Of a stretch of DNA of 38,171 nt, positions 25,401 through 31,894 are shown one piece after another; within the stretch, counting starts at the first letter, position 1; each line of letters opens with the position of its first letter. Source of the stretch: Caulobacterales bacterium. GTDB lineage: Bacteria; Pseudomonadota; Alphaproteobacteria; Caulobacterales; Aquidulcibacteraceae. Below the pieces are notes generated by a model, which was not told where the DNA came from, made no database searches, and saw only the letters and a program-made list of their open reading frames with translations. Made by a program: the position numbers and the translations under genes. Location of the stretch: positions 1-38,171 of the forward strand of contig JBEVJO010000340.1 of NCBI GenBank assembly GCA_040510175.1, written 5' to 3'.

Positions 25401-27423
25401 CGCCCGGCGCCGCCTGCATGAAGCTGGCGCGCGCCGCGACAAAGCTCACTGCTTCTTCGAAAGACATGACGCCGGCGAGCGTAGCGGCGACAAGCTCGCC
25501 GACGCTGTGACCAATCATGCTGTCTGGCTGCACGCCACGCGACATCCAGAGTTTGGCCAACGCGTATTGCGTTAGAAAAAGTGCGGGCTGCGCGAACACC
25601 GTCGAGCGGATTTCATGGGACTCATTCTCGTCGGCCGACGTTTTGCGATAGAGCAGGTCGCGGATGTCCCGCTGCAATATGCGGGCGAGTTCGTTAGCGC
25701 CGCGATCAATCACGTCGCGAAAGACCGGTTCGCTTTTGTAAAGCGCACTTCCCATGCCGGGATATTGAGCGCCCTGTCCGGGAAACATGAATACGACGTG
25801 GGGGCGTTTCGCCGGAATGCGCTTCAAAGCCTTCGCATCGAGACTGTTGAGCTTCGTGAGCGCCTCTTCCCGATCGGCGGCGACAATTGTGGCGCGCACA
25901 TCGAAATCGCGGCGGCCCTCTTGAAGCGTCCGCGCCGTTGCATCCAGTTGGAGCGCCAGATCTTGCTCAACAGAAGTTTTCAGGCGAGCCGCCGCCGCCA
26001 GAACTGCAGTTTCCGTGCGCGCTGAAATCGGAAAGATAAGCGGCGTCTTGTCTTGCGCTGGATGAGCGGCGCGCGCGGGCGCCTCTTCCAGCACAACGTG
26101 AACATTTGTGCCGCCGACGCCAAAAGAACTGACGCCGGCGCGCCGGGGGCTTCTACCGCGTGGCCATGGCGTCGCATCTGTGGATATGCGGAATGGACTC
26201 TTATCCAGATCGATGTTCGGATTTGGCGACTTGAATTCCGTCATCGCCGGAATTTTTTCGTGATGCAGGCTCAGCGCGGTCTTGATCAGGCCGGTGACGC
26301 CGGCTGCCGCGTCGAGGTGGCCGACATTCGCCTTCGCTGATCCAAGGACGCAGAAATTTCTCGCGCCGTTGCAATCGCCAAACGCGCGCTTCAGACCCTC
26401 GAATTCAATTGGATCGCCAAGCGGTGTGGCCGTGCCATGCAGCTCAACATAGCCGATGGACGCCGCATCAACGCTGGCGGCTCCGTGCGCGGCCTGAATA
26501 ACGCGCGCCTGCCCCTCGGCGCTTGGCGCGGTGAAGCCAACCTTGGCGCTGCCGTCATTGTTGACCGCCGTTCCCCGAATGACTGCAAAGATGGGATCGC
26601 CATCGGCGATCGCGTCTTCGAGACGCTTCAAAAGCACAACGCCAGCGCCGCTGCCGAAAACGGTGCCGGATGCTTCGGCGTCAAACGGGCGGCACGCTCC
26701 ATCACGCGAGGCGATGCCGCCTTCCTGATAGAGATAACCGCGCTTCTGCGGAAACGTAATTGAAACGCCGCCGGCCAGCGCGGCGTCGCATTGATAGAGC
26801 ATCAGGCTTTGACATGCCTGGGCAACCGCGAGCAGCGACGTTGAACACGCGCTCTGAACCGTCAGCGCCGGTCCGCGCAAATTGAGCTTGTAGGCGACTC
26901 GCGTGGCCAGCGCGTCCGGCAGCGCCCCAAGCAGTGTTGGCAAGCCGCCGATCTGGTAGTCGCTGGTGAAGCTTGCGATTGCGTTTCGGTCGGCACAGAC
27001 ATTGTTGAGGAAATAGGTGGGCATGCTGGCGCCGGCGAACACGCCAATCTCGCCCTTGTACCGCTCCGGTATGATCCCCGCAGATTCCAGCGCTTCCCAG
27101 GCGATTTCCAGAAAGATCCGGTGTTGCGGATCCATGAGTTCCGCTTCGCGCGCGTACACGCCAAAGAATTCTGCATCAAACTTATCGGCGTCTTCAAGAA
27201 TCGGCCGCGCCGCGACGAAGTTGGACTGTGATCGCGTTTCGACGTCGAAATTGTCCTCGAGTTCGGAGAGGCCCAGGCGCGAAATGGAAACGGTCTTGTC
27301 GAGAAGATTGCGCCAAAACGCGTTCAGATTCTCGGCGCCAGGGAATCGTCCCGCCATGCCGACGATGGCGATGGCGTCCGGCGGATAATCTCCGGCAAAT
27401 GAAAAGCTGCTGTCGGGCATCAT
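19423..27423 (-). CDS. Hybrid PKS-NRPS megasynthase: KS-AT-ACP-aminotransferase-C-A-PCP
   Basis: 2666-aa uninterrupted ORF. An ATGA overlap with the upstream A-PCP gene lies at 27420-27423. All core motifs are present; see the domain sub-features. Confidence 0.95.
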   Translation of the reverse strand: MMPDSSFSFAGDYPPDAIAIVGMAGRFPGAENLNAFWRNLLDKTVSISRLGLSELEDNFDVETRSQSNFVAARPILEDADKFDAEFFGVYAREAELMDPQHRIFLEIAWEALESAGIIPERYKGEIGVFAGASMPTYFLNNVCADRNAIASFTSDYQIGGLPTLLGALPDALATRVAYKLNLRGPALTVQSACSTSLLAVAQACQSLMLYQCDAALAGGVSITFPQKRGYLYQEGGIASRDGACRPFDAEASGTVFGSGAGVVLLKRLEDAIADGDPIFAVIRGTAVNNDGSAKVGFTAPSAEGQARVIQAAHGAASVDAASIGYVELHGTATPLGDPIEFEGLKRAFGDCNGARNFCVLGSAKANVGHLDAAAGVTGLIKTALSLHHEKIPAMTEFKSPNPNIDLDKSPFRISTDATPWPRGRSPRRAGVSSFGVGGTNVHVVLEEAPARAAHPAQDKTPLIFPISARTETAVLAAAARLKTSVEQDLALQLDATARTLQEGRRDFDVRATIVAADREEALTKLNSLDAKALKRIPAKRPHVVFMFPGQGAQYPGMGSALYKSEPVFRDVIDRGANELARILQRDIRDLLYRKTSADENESHEIRSTVFAQPALFLTQYALAKLWMSRGVQPDSMIGHSVGELVAATLAGVMSFEEAVSFVAARASFMQAAPGGAMLAVRTSESALKALLDEGLDIAAINAPSLCVVAGDFPRIAAFERALNQRDIQHRRLHTSHAFHSSMMDDVVAALAIHANGMKLHAPNIPFVSCVTGDWATQDLLTSKSYWTLHCREPVRFADALARLVADTRPVLLEVGPGRTLSTFAMQGLSKASYDCVIASLPEFSNASDEDRVFAEATARLWTSGAPVRWPASSAPRLSSLPTYPFERRSYWIEAPKTSSSAAAKSPEPRDPATLQQPMPPADLSMPEMSESAPPSPATKSGQRTTRLCADIARIIEGLSGEPIADTEWTTPYLEFGFDSLFLGQVAQQIQKHFKIKITFRQLLGDYPDIASLADFLDAAMPADPVAQIEAPIAQVSAAPVVAAPAASAPLAPIAAGGDMLAIFQAQLSAMQNLMDRQLDALGGRRESPSAQSQQAQPAAVAPAPAAISAIPAAAAPNADGQPSRFRMFDKNARTETLTPAQKSFVDALVARVSEQMPKSKSYAAEHRPHLADPRSVSGFRAEWKNAIFPIVASRAKGSTIWDLDGNSYIDLVNGYGQTAFGHSPDFVVEALQEQLTKGFPIGPQSDAAGDVARRIAKMVGLERVTFCNTGSEAVMAAMRVARAVSGRETVVVFSNDYHGQFDEVLVKGARRGAPPRALPISAGIPASAVSNMVVLGYGESESLSWIRDNAETLAAIIVEPVQSRHPELRPVEFLKELRAITAANGAALVFDEVVTGFRTHPGGMQALWGIKADMATYGKVIGGGMPIGILAGTPAYMDALDGGAWQFGDDSVPEVAPIFFAGTFVRHPLVVAAAQAVLTHLETQGAALQQGLEARTRQLVDRLNALFADRGVKTRAETFSSWFMLNFGAEDALGSLFYLYARSLGVNIQEGFPCFITTAHSDADFQRIETVFGEALDALQSVGILGAHSIDASLAPAAEIAALITAPVADLPWQAPLTEMQKEVWLAAQMGDTASCAFNESFRLELDGLLNVRALEDAVNDLVARHDALRAYFGETGEQMFVRPQLELELGSVDVSASGGEDALADILADDARTPFDLVNGPLVRAFVVRLGDNAHVLCFSAHHIVFDGWSAGVVISELAACYDARLAGLAAGLPPAPQYRAYALAQAQQTADTRSAQSFWAGQYLDIPALPDLPADRARPQVRTYDGATSTAFIDEILTRKIKKAGAQRGCTPFATLFTAFQILIGRLANHSDVVVAVPTAGQSLEEDAGLVGHCVNLLPVRVGFDPAAPVADHLEKVKQALLRAFDHQSYTFGTLVRDLKVPRDINRLPLTEVQFNFEKFGGDLKLENLTARVRPNPKAASNFDLFFNVAESSEGLRIDCDFNGDIFDAATIERWMGHYRTILESFVEDLTQPIQSLNLLSRDERSWMVETLNHTQTEFTDLPLHRLFEVQARRTPHAIAAIAGAQAFTYADLDARANQFARYLARRVPGSGKRVAIALDRSLDLLASMLGVLKAGHAYVPLDIDHPPERLRHVLATAQVSALVCHNDRALPIAPDASIVVSLDRDRALIDSEDKTGAAVALGEGAIAYVIFTSGSTGEPKGVEVPHRALTNFLASMARKPGCNANDCIVAVTTVSFDIAALELFLPLVLGARVVIANRDDVRSGFGLLDLINKHRATMLQATPSLWRILLEAGFKPSRSLKMLCGGEPLPRDLADSLTSAPDAELWNMYGPTETTIWSSVSRVGPGLITIGEPIANTQLHILDSNDQLCPLGAPGLLYIGGEGLAKGYFGRRDLTDAAFRFISLNGAAPRRLYNTGDIARRLPDGRIQHLGRADQQIKLRGFRIELEEIETLLRAASGVSEAAVALRDGATGEARLVGYYVPAPGAAPATSDLALHLRSQLPDYMCPTAWVALARMPMTGNGKLDRKALPNPNLENEPARDRVLPVNSMEETLLEIWSDVLGVREISTTDSLFALGADSIHLFRIAARMAERGLPLKAKDVLQNPSIAALAAIASAARSDQRTVADAPSLAAFRSGGRRNRPT
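19504..19710 (-). other. Peptidyl carrier protein domain
   Basis: LLEIWSDVLGVREISTTDSLFALGADSIHLFRI, with Ser2602. Confidence 0.85.
19768..21228 (-). other. Adenylation domain, predicted Gly-activating
   Basis: A3 YVIFTSGSTGEPKGV, A5 NMYGPTETT, A7 YNTGDIARR, A8 GRADQQIKLRGFRIELEEIE, A10 NGKLDRKAL. Specificity residues aligned by eye to GrsA numbering give DILQLGMIWK. Confidence 0.8.
21304..22590 (-). other. Condensation domain (canonical HHIVFDG)
   Basis: PLTEMQKEVWLAAQ. nt 22177-22197 translate to HHIVFDG, verified from the nucleotides. Confidence 0.9.
22729..24006 (-). other. In-line class-III PLP-dependent aminotransferase domain (GSA-aminomutase-like, MycA/ItuA-type AMT)
   Basis: SYIDLVNGYGQTAFGHSP, FCNTGSEAVMAAMRVAR, LVFDEVVTGFR and the PLP-lysine motif ATYGKVIGGGMPIG (Lys1419). 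Confidence 0.85.
24370..24594 (-). other. Acyl carrier protein domain
   Basis: YLEFGFDSLFLGQVAQQI, with Ser979. Confidence 0.85.
24904..25797 (-). other. Acyltransferase domain, malonyl-CoA-type signature
   Basis: FMFPGQGAQYPGMG, GHSVGE (Ser640) and the HAFH motif (aa 736-739), which is generally associated with malonyl rather than methylmalonyl (YASH) specificity. Confidence 0.85.
26086..27378 (-). other. Ketosynthase domain (catalytically competent)
   Basis: IAIVGMAGRFPGA; active-site TVQSACSTSLLAV (Cys193, codon 26845-26847); ELHGTATPLGDPIE; KANVGHLDAAAG. Confidence 0.9.
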
Positions 27424-29420
27424 TTACCCCTTGCGAGGCGCGCGCGCGCGGCCGCGTCTCTCGCACGATCGGCGCGGGTGCGGGCTATGCTGGAGTCAGC
27501 TTCTTGAGACTGAGCGCCGCGCAAATATGCCGCCAGATCAGAAATGCTGGCGTGCTCAAACATCGCAGCAAAAGGAAAATCCCGGTCCAAAACGCGTTGG
27601 GTTTCGGCGTGCGCCTGCATAAGCTGCAAAGAGCGTCCGCCGAGGTCGAAAAAATTCAGGTCAAGGCGCCGGATCGAAACACCAAGGACGCTTTCCCAAA
27701 TCGCCACGAGTTTGCTCTCGAGGTCGCTTGAAGGAGTCGTCTCTAAAGATGAACTTTGGCAATCACCAGCAACTAAAAACTCGGCCAATGCCGCGCGATC
27801 GACCTTCCCGTTGGCGGTCAATGGGAGTGCGGATATTGCCGAAATAGAGGCTGGTATCATGTGAGCGGGAAGAGTCTCATGCAGCCGGGGCAGGAGGTTT
27901 TGTTCCCAATGCGCGGGCGGGCCCGCAAGGCGGCTGGTCACGAACGCAAACAATTGTTTCCCTGCGGCGCCTCTTTCGATGGCGATAACCGCGCTATCGG
28001 CAACGCGCTCGTCTGCACGCAGCGCTGCTTCAATTTCGCCGGGTTCCACACGCTTGCCGCCGATTTTTACCTGGCCATCGAGCCGCCCCAGAAACTCGAT
28101 AACGCCGTCTGGCCTGCGCCGAACAATGTCACCCGTCAGATAGACGCGCTGGTTGATCGGCGCCGGAAGCGTCACAAAGCGCGCGGCTGTCAATTCGGGA
28201 AGGTTATGGTAGCCAAGCGCCAGTCCGGCGCCGCCCGCCGCGAGCTCGCCGCTTGCGCCGTCGAGAACGGGCAGGCGATCTTCATCAAGGACGAAGACTT
28301 CCGTGCCTGCGATAGCGCGGCCGATCGGCGCCGCCTCCAATGGGCCGCGCATAAATGTGTGGCAGCAGGTGAAGGTGGTGTTTTCCGTCGGTCCATAGCC
28401 GTTGATGACGCGACACGCGGGGAAGCGCCGCAATACGCGGTCGACATGCGATGGCGACAGAACATCGCCCCCAGCCAGCAATTGTCGCAACGGACTCAGG
28501 GACTCGATCGCGTGATCGACGACAAGATGGAAGAGGCCTGCCGTCAGCCAGGCGATGGTGACTTTGTGGCCATCGATGATTGCCCCGATTTCCGTGACAG
28601 AAGGACGGGCATTGTTCAAAATTGCGAGCGCGCCGCCATTCAACAGTGCGCCCCAAATTTCAAACGTGCTTGCATCAAACGCCAACGGCGAGGCGTGCAA
28701 AATAACGTCTCGGCTCGAAAGCTCACAGAAATCTTGTTGGAGCACCAAACGCTCGACGGCGCGATGCGGCACGACAACGCCCTTGGGCAGGCCGGTCGAT
28801 CCCGACGTGTACATGATATACAGCGGCTGATCAGGGGCCGCGAAAAAAGCTGGCGGATTAAAAGCGAGGTCTGGGCTGACTTGAAGCACGCGCGCCAGCG
28901 TCAATTGCGCAACTGATTCTACTCTAACACATGCGGGCGGCGCATCGTCAGTCAGTAGAAGAGTGGCTGCGGCATCGCGGAGCATGTGGGCGATCTGCGT
29001 CGCGGGATATGCGGGATCGATGGGCACGTAGATCGCGCCGATTTTGACGATGCCCAAGATCGCCGCGATTGTTTCTTGCGATCGCGCTGCGATCAAAGCG
29101 ACGCGATCGCCCGGCTGAACACCGTGCTGGCGAAGATTTGTCGCGGCCCGGTCCGACGCTAAATCCAGGTCCCGATAGGTCCAACTGGGTCTGCCGCGTT
29201 GAACAAGTGCGGGAGCGTAAGCGTGTTCCGCGACGGTCACCCGAAAGGCGTAAGCCAAACCGCCGCGCCCATCATAGGTTGCGCTCTCCGGTGGCAAACT
29301 CTCTTCTGTGAAACGCGCCCGTCGCATAAAAAACACCTCATGCAACAGGAACTTGCGACCCGTCGCGAGGAACAGCCTATCGTTCAGGTAGAGTACACGC
29401 GAGGCGGCATCGCTTTGCAA
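27420..29420 (-). CDS. Stand-alone NRPS loading protein: A-PCP, predicted Val-activating
   Basis: 666-aa ORF (alternative ATG at 29327). A3 YIMYTSGSTGLPKGV, A5 NGYGPTENT, A7 YLTGDIVRR, A10 LPLTANGKVDRAAL. PCP motif FFDLGGRSLQL (Ser597). Specificity residues read as DAFWLGGTFK. Confidence 0.9.
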   Translation of the reverse strand: MQSDAASRVLYLNDRLFLATGRKFLLHEVFFMRRARFTEESLPPESATYDGRGGLAYAFRVTVAEHAYAPALVQRGRPSWTYRDLDLASDRAATNLRQHGVQPGDRVALIAARSQETIAAILGIVKIGAIYVPIDPAYPATQIAHMLRDAAATLLLTDDAPPACVRVESVAQLTLARVLQVSPDLAFNPPAFFAAPDQPLYIMYTSGSTGLPKGVVVPHRAVERLVLQQDFCELSSRDVILHASPLAFDASTFEIWGALLNGGALAILNNARPSVTEIGAIIDGHKVTIAWLTAGLFHLVVDHAIESLSPLRQLLAGGDVLSPSHVDRVLRRFPACRVINGYGPTENTTFTCCHTFMRGPLEAAPIGRAIAGTEVFVLDEDRLPVLDGASGELAAGGAGLALGYHNLPELTAARFVTLPAPINQRVYLTGDIVRRRPDGVIEFLGRLDGQVKIGGKRVEPGEIEAALRADERVADSAVIAIERGAAGKQLFAFVTSRLAGPPAHWEQNLLPRLHETLPAHMIPASISAISALPLTANGKVDRAALAEFLVAGDCQSSSLETTPSSDLESKLVAIWESVLGVSIRRLDLNFFDLGGRSLQLMQAHAETQRVLDRDFPFAAMFEHASISDLAAYLRGAQSQEADSSIARTRADRARDAAARARLARGK
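27516..27725 (-). other. Carrier protein domain of the loading protein
   Basis: LVAIWESVLGVSIRRLDLNFFDLGGRSLQLMQ. Confidence 0.85.
27786..29258 (-). other. Adenylation domain of the loading protein
   Basis: Motifs A1-A10 as above; FDASTFE, IAWLTAG, LLAGGD, NGYGP and TENTTF supply the code residues. Confidence 0.85.
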
Positions 29421-29518
29421 GCGAACGATCCGCGACGCTTTCGCGCTGCGCGAGAAGAGCCGCCCGTCAACGAGAAAGAATGCAAGAGTTTCAGAGCGTA
29501 GAGCAGAAAGCGAAGGCG

Positions 29519-30652
29519 CTAACGCACCGGCGGCGTTGCATCAAGAAGTGTGATCAATCGTTTCGCGACATTGAGCCATTTAAACTGATCGGCATGTTTC
29601 AGTCCGGCCTCAATTCGGTTCCGTCTGCGGTCCTGATCGACGGCCAGAGAGAGGATGCCTTCGACCCAGGCGTCGGGCGAATCCGCATCCGCGTACATAA
29701 CGGCATCGCCACATACTTCCGGTAGAGCGCCGCAGGGCGCGCAGATTACCGGACATCCTACGGCCATCGCTTCCAACGGCGGTAAGCCAAACCCCTCCGT
29801 GGTGGACGGAAAGGCGAGACAAAGGGCGCTTTCCATGAGGGCCCGAAGCTCTCCATCGCTCACCTTGCCCGCGAACACGACATTTGAGGGAATGGAGGCG
29901 CCGATTGCGGCCTCAAACGCTTCGCGGTTAGCCGCGCCGAACAGAACCAGAGTTTTTTCGATTAACCGGGGATCCGCAAACGCCTTAATCAGAACGCGGA
30001 CGTTTTTATGAGGCTGCGTGTTCGCCCGACCCAAAACGAAGCTCCCAGGCGCGAGATTGAGCGCTTTTAAGGTTTTCTGGTCCGCCGGCATGGAAAGGAT
30101 GTGGTCGGCGCCGTTGTGCAGAACGGTTGTTTTTTCCAGCCGCGCCACTCTGGCGTTCGCCAATTGCGTCCTTGAATAATCCGAGACTGCGAGGATGCGG
30201 GTATGCCGTTTGCCGAGAAGCGGCTGAACGGTCTTATACCAGAGGCGAAAGGGCTTCGAGTATGATTCAGGGGAGAGGTAAACCTGGGCGTCATGGATCA
30301 TCGTTACGGCATTTGTCGCGATGACGGGTCCCAGATTGCAGAAGCCGACAATCATCGCGCCGTTGCGCATGGCGCGATACGGCAAATCGAATTGCTCCCA
30401 CGGTATGTGGGTGAACACGCCGCCTTGGCGAAACGGAATATGCGCAAGGCTCAGCGTGTGATGCAGCCGGCGCGGGGCGAAAAGTTCGATGTCCCAACGC
30501 TGCCGGATTTCTGAGTCGAGACCAAGCAACTCGTCGAGCGCCAGGATGAGCTGCTCGGCAACCCGATGCACGCCCGTCGGCGGCGCCATCAGGAACTTCC
30601 CATTCAAGATAATTTTTCGCCTTTGGGGCGATATTTCGAGCTGTGCGCTCAT
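29519..30652 (-). CDS. Glycosyltransferase, GT4 (group 1) family
   Basis: 377-aa ORF. E-x7-E motif EGFGLPPLE followed by AVGCPVICAPCGALPEV. A GGAGG lies about 11 nt upstream of the ATG. Confidence 0.85.
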   Translation of the reverse strand: MSAQLEISPQRRKIILNGKFLMAPPTGVHRVAEQLILALDELLGLDSEIRQRWDIELFAPRRLHHTLSLAHIPFRQGGVFTHIPWEQFDLPYRAMRNGAMIVGFCNLGPVIATNAVTMIHDAQVYLSPESYSKPFRLWYKTVQPLLGKRHTRILAVSDYSRTQLANARVARLEKTTVLHNGADHILSMPADQKTLKALNLAPGSFVLGRANTQPHKNVRVLIKAFADPRLIEKTLVLFGAANREAFEAAIGASIPSNVVFAGKVSDGELRALMESALCLAFPSTTEGFGLPPLEAMAVGCPVICAPCGALPEVCGDAVMYADADSPDAWVEGILSLAVDQDRRRNRIEAGLKHADQFKWLNVAKRLITLLDATPPVR

Positions 30653-30707
30653 CCCGGAATGGCCTCCAGGATCAATGTCCGGCTGAGAACCAAACCGGCC
30701 AAGCGCT

Positions 30708-31646
30708 TCACTTCAGATCCAGTATGTTACGCGGGTGGAGACGGCCGCGCATAAGATCCGAAATGGCTTGGAGGTTGCCGCGCAGACGTCCTTTCCGGTC
30801 GCACCAAGGCTCCGGCTTCAGGGATTTGATCATATTGGCGGCCACGTTGCGGATCATTAGCGGATACGCATGACGGATTGAAACCGTCCGCTTACGGCGC
30901 ATAAAAATGGGGTTTGCAATTTGGGCGTACCCCATCGGCTTGCCCGGCGACCGCGCACTTTTAACGCCTAGATGCACGCCTATCAGTGCGTCCGTCCAAT
31001 AAAGGCGCCCGCGACGGCCCAGTTGCATCGTGAAATCGATGTCCTCCTGCCAGGCGTAACCCGGCAAGGTCTCGTCAAAGGTCAAGCCGTCGGCGAGACT
31101 GCGGCGCATCACCATGTTGCAGCCGTAAAGGCCGCCGATCCGTCGCAACTTTTCAGCGCCCGCCACGCGCGACCCCGCTGCGCCCAAATAGGCGGCGGCC
31201 TCCTGGAAGGTGAAGCCGGGGCCGCCAATGCCGTCCGCGATAACGTGGCCCGTGAGGCCGGCGATATCGGCGCGGGCTTGAATGAGGCGTTCGGCCGCTT
31301 CGAGATAGTCAGGCGCCGGGGCGAAATCGTCGTCGAAATAGATGATGATGCCGGAGTCTGGATCGAGCGCCCGCATGGCCGTGTTGCGCTGAGCCGGCAA
31401 ACCTTTCGGGCCAAAGACAACCTTGATCGGAAGCGCCGGATCGACCGGGGGCACGTCAGCCGGGCTTGGAGCGGATATGATGATTTCATCCGCCAGCCGG
31501 GTCTGGTTTGTGAGAAAGCTGAGCGCTTCGCCGACGATGTCGGCGCGCCCGGCGGTCGCGTAAACAACCGATAGTTTCACGCCCGCCCCCAGTGGCTTGT
31601 CTCGACTGACATTCTTCAATTCCATCAATCGCCGAAGCCCTGTCAA
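30708..31646 (-). CDS. Glycosyltransferase, GT2 family; first gene of the long minus-strand operon
   Basis: 312-aa ORF. GT-A N-terminal beta-alpha-beta (LSVVYATAGRADIV), GLPAQRN, DxD in IIYFDDDFAP, YGCNMVMRR and WQEDIDF. Confidence 0.85.
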   Translation of the reverse strand: MTGLRRLMELKNVSRDKPLGAGVKLSVVYATAGRADIVGEALSFLTNQTRLADEIIISAPSPADVPPVDPALPIKVVFGPKGLPAQRNTAMRALDPDSGIIIYFDDDFAPAPDYLEAAERLIQARADIAGLTGHVIADGIGGPGFTFQEAAAYLGAAGSRVAGAEKLRRIGGLYGCNMVMRRSLADGLTFDETLPGYAWQEDIDFTMQLGRRGRLYWTDALIGVHLGVKSARSPGKPMGYAQIANPIFMRRKRTVSIRHAYPLMIRNVAANMIKSLKPEPWCDRKGRLRGNLQAISDLMRGRLHPRNILDLK

Positions 31647-31894
31647 TCGCTAGCATCGCTGCCGGTGAATCTTATGACGTTTGCCTTCTGTGCGACATAA
31701 GAACGCACGATGACTGGCGGGCGCGGGCATTCAAGAACGTGGGATTAAGTCACCTGCACAGTAATGCCGCCTTGAACGGGATGTGTGGACGCGGGATGGT
31801 CCTGCCCTTGCCAGACCGCTTTCCGGACCGCCATGACAGGCCGCATGATCAGACTTCTCCGCCCGAGCACGGCAGCAGTAGCGGCGCGTCACGC
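31647..31894. promoter_or_regulatory. Divergent promoter region between the GT2/NRPS-PKS operon (-) and the flippase gene (+); contains inverted repeat TCTTATG-N19-CATAAGA (31669-31701)
   Basis: 248-bp non-coding gap if the flippase starts at 31895. It has 7-bp perfect arms with a 19-nt spacer, the same arm and spacer geometry as the repeat at 4667-4699. No sigma-factor consensus could be assigned by eye. Confidence 0.4.

Noticed and set aside
19867-28916. Many long plus-strand ORFs inside the synthetase genes, for example 27861-28916 (351 aa), 22930-23847 (305 aa), 21313-22008 (231 aa) and 20288-20794 (168 aa).
   Set aside because: They lie antisense to uninterrupted, motif-rich megasynthase ORFs. 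Their translations are Arg/Ala/Gly-rich with no recognisable motifs. These are typical shadow ORFs of GC-rich DNA.
31739-31894. N-terminal 52 codons of the flippase ORF.
   Set aside because: The extension is Pro/His/Arg-rich and non-membrane. The ATG at 31895 directly precedes the conserved flippase N-terminus.
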